64,000 nucleotides of DNA from an uncultured Clostridia bacterium (GTDB lineage Bacteria; Bacillota; Clostridia; Christensenellales; UBA1242). The number at the start of each line of letters is the position of its first letter. The stretch's first letter is position 1. Positions 62,175 through 64,000 of this stretch are shown piece after piece. The position numbers and the translations under genes were made by a program. The notes below the pieces were generated by a model. It was not told where the DNA came from. It saw only the letters and a program-made list of their open reading frames with translations, and did not search any database. The stretch covers positions 39,864 to 103,863 of the forward strand of contig CANQWK010000002.1 of the NCBI GenBank assembly GCA_947627545.1, in the 5' to 3' direction.

Positions 62175-63275
62175 TTATTTTATAAAATTGTTTTGTTTTA
62201 CTATATAATTTGCAAAATATGTAATAGGAGTAGGAGAAGAAAGTTCTTCAATGTTAAAATATCCATGTTTTAAATTAAATATTCCATTTCTATAACTGCT
62301 ACTAGAATTTAATTCATCAATATTAATTGTTATTGGCGATATCTCTCCATAGGATACGGGTCCAGGGTTCGAAGTCCCCGCAATTAAATCTAAATCTAAA
62401 CAGAAAGTATATTCTCCAGTTTTAGAGATGTCTTTAATAATAAAATTATTTATCTTTTGAGAGTTAAAATTTTGTATTACATTGTTATCAATTCTATTAA
62501 ATTGTTGTAATAATTCTTCATAAGCATTTGCGTTAATGCAAAATTCATTAACAAGTTCGGCTTCCCGTTGATTATCTAGTTCTTGAATAAAGAAATTTGC
62601 TTGAATATATTTTTCTTCTGTAAGCATTGAAAAATCTTCTAACTCTTTATCTGTAATTTCATGTTTTATTAAATATATTTTATAATATTGAGTTTTTTTA
62701 TCTTCGCCAAACATCATGCGTATATTTGTAAATAATTCGTTTTTATTTTCATTATTAACATAATTAAAACAATATGTATAAATTTCATTATTTTTAATTG
62801 CTTCAATATCTTCGCCTTGGCTTTCTAAAAAGGTGTATGGAATATTTTCAATTAAATTTGCACCTGCATCGGCTAAGCCAGGAAGTTTCAGTTGGTTTGA
62901 AAAGTGCTTGTCGGCTAAGTCATTGTAATAGTCACTTTTTAAAACGTCTTGAAGGAGTTGGCTGTATTGGCTGTAATCCGGCTCGGGTGGGGTGGTTGGT
63001 TGATTTGTGTTGCCACCTTGCTCATTTTGGTTGCCCTGATTGTTGCCACTCTGTTCATTGCCTTGGTTGTTGCCATTGTTTAAATCAGTATTGTTTTCAG
63101 TTTGGTCAACAGGAGGGTCTGGCACAATATAAATATGGCAACCGGCTGCCGACAACGCTATGCCTGATGCCAACGCACAAGTTGCTAAGCTTTTAACAAT
63201 TTTGCTATGACCCACAGCATGCCTAAAATTTGTCCATTTTTCTTTTAATTTTTGAAGTAAATTTTCCTTTTCCAT
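62175..63275 (-). CDS. Lipoprotein with Asn/Gln/Gly-rich linker, unknown function (366 aa)
   Basis: AGGAGG SD. The signal/anchor ends in LSAAGC. The linker is NNTDLNNGNNQGNEQSGNNQGNQNEQGGNTNQPTTPPEPD. The gene is convergent with the giant ORF and shares its bidirectional terminator. Confidence 0.75.
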   Translation of the reverse strand: MEKENLLQKLKEKWTNFRHAVGHSKIVKSLATCALASGIALSAAGCHIYIVPDPPVDQTENNTDLNNGNNQGNEQSGNNQGNQNEQGGNTNQPTTPPEPDYSQYSQLLQDVLKSDYYNDLADKHFSNQLKLPGLADAGANLIENIPYTFLESQGEDIEAIKNNEIYTYCFNYVNNENKNELFTNIRMMFGEDKKTQYYKIYLIKHEITDKELEDFSMLTEEKYIQANFFIQELDNQREAELVNEFCINANAYEELLQQFNRIDNNVIQNFNSQKINNFIIKDISKTGEYTFCLDLDLIAGTSNPGPVSYGEISPITINIDELNSSSSYRNGIFNLKHGYFNIEELSSPTPITYFANYIVKQNNFIK

Positions 63276-63653
63276 TAATCCTCCTTTTAGTTTAAATAAT
63301 GTTAAAAAAATTTATTTATTCTGCTTTTGTTTAAATTTTAGCCTTATTTAGCCGTATGATATTATTGTAAAAAATTGTTATGTTGTTCTTCTATAAATAT
63401 TCTACCGAAATTTAACAAAAAAGTAATCTATACGAATAATATCACTAAATGCAAAAAAAGTCAATATAAATTATTAAAAATTTACAAATTTTGCCAAAAT
63501 TTAAAAAAAATTTTTAAAATATGTCGAAATTTTTAATTAATAATAATTTTTATTATTTTAACAATTTAGAATAAAGTAAGATATAATAAGATATAAATAG
63601 TTAATTATTACTTATAAATTTAACTATTAAAATTAAGTAAGATGATTAACTTA

Positions 63654-64000
63654 TTAATTTAATTTTGTGTGGGCAAGCGTTAAAACATAAACCTTTAATG
63701 CGCCGTTTTGTTTTAGCAGTGAAGCAATGTAACTTGACGTTGCGCCAGTTGTAAAAACATCGTCTATCAGCAAAATGGATTTGCCCAAAATGTCCTTTTT
63801 AAAGTCTGGGTTAAAAGCGTAACAATCTTTAACGTTGTTTAGTCTTTCAAGGTATGACATGGTTGTTTGGCTTGCGGTTTCTTTAGTTTTTACAATTAAA
63901 TTTTTGCAGTTTAAATTTAAACTTTTGGCTACATCATTTGCTAGCAATTCTGCCTGATTAAACCCTCTAAGTTTTTGCTTTTGTGGGTGCATTGGCACAA
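63654..64000 (-). CDS. comFC: ComF-family phosphoribosyltransferase-fold protein (5' end outside the window)
   Basis: RGFNQAELLA and the PRTase loop ILLIDDVFTTGATS are present. The ORF is still open at the window edge. Confidence 0.8.
   Translation of the reverse strand, partial: VPMHPQKQKLRGFNQAELLANDVAKSLNLNCKNLIVKTKETASQTTMSYLERLNNVKDCYAFNPDFKKDILGKSILLIDDVFTTGATSSYIASLLKQNGALKVYVLTLAHTKLN

Noticed and set aside
62798-63196. A 132-aa plus-strand ORF lies opposite the 5' half of the lipoprotein gene.
   Set aside because: It is the antisense reading of the Asn/Gln/Gly-linker repeats, has a Cys/His/Leu-rich nonsense composition, and lacks an SD.
59674-63275. I considered reading the composition-shifted tail plus the downstream gene as a polymorphic-toxin C-terminus with its immunity gene.
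   Set aside because: There is no recognisable toxin or pre-toxin motif. The 818-aa tail is much larger than typical toxin tips. The neighbouring gene is convergent, not co-transcribed, and encodes a lipoprotein rather than a small cytoplasmic immunity protein.
1-64000. I considered the alternative genetic code 4, the Mollicutes-type reading of TGA as Trp, because of the low GC and the lipoprotein-rich content.
   Set aside because: All conserved genes are full length under the standard code, Trp positions use TGG, and TGA terminates the first ABC gene at 20147-20149.
1-64000. I scanned the intergenic regions for tRNA, rRNA, CRISPR repeats, IS elements, integrases and prophage structural genes.
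   Set aside because: No cloverleaf-compatible GC-rich 70-90-nt segments are present. No regularly spaced repeat-spacer array is present. No transposase- or integrase-like translation appears in the ORF track.

Overview
This is a 64-kb chromosomal segment from a low-GC bacterium (roughly one-third G+C by eye). It uses the standard code: TGA acts as a stop and Trp is TGG. I infer a Bacillota-type origin from the B. subtilis-style dnaB-dnaI pair, a SpoIIID-family regulator, AGGAGG-type SD sites and TGn-extended -10 promoters. The left half (1-28.9 kb) is mostly housekeeping. It holds pheS (partial)-pheT, a VanW-domain protein, rpmG-secE-nusG-rplK-rplA, dut and a fused ATPase-FtsX ABC transporter. 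It also holds dnaB-dnaI, an M1 lipoprotein peptidase, three type-I ABC exporters (the first two look like an asymmetric heterodimer), a GT2-TPR glycosyltransferase, a very AT-rich island of three ORFans, and cysS. The right half (29.3-63.3 kb) is dominated by two giant lipoprotein genes of 2,961 and 7,361 aa. Together they cover 30,972 nt, or 48% of the window, and both carry GLUG-motif repeats. Between them lie a 177-aa unknown and a divergently oriented SpoIIID-family regulator, and a convergent Asn/Gln/Gly-rich lipoprotein gene follows. The best candidate for something undescribed is this giant-protein locus. The 7,361-aa ORF concatenates about six cap-plus-GLUG arrays. It then has a glycine-zipper double-TM hairpin and an 818-aa Tyr/Asn-rich tail whose DNA composition and synonymous codon use differ sharply from the rest of the gene. 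Other signals not explained by the gene list: helically phased A/T-tract arrays in the long intergenic regions, three promoter-to-ATG arrangements that imply leaderless mRNAs, and a 42-nt perfect direct repeat pair that splits the heterodimeric ABC gene pair. I found no rRNA, tRNA, CRISPR array, transposase or integrase. All domain calls come from reading motifs in the translations; no database search was run.
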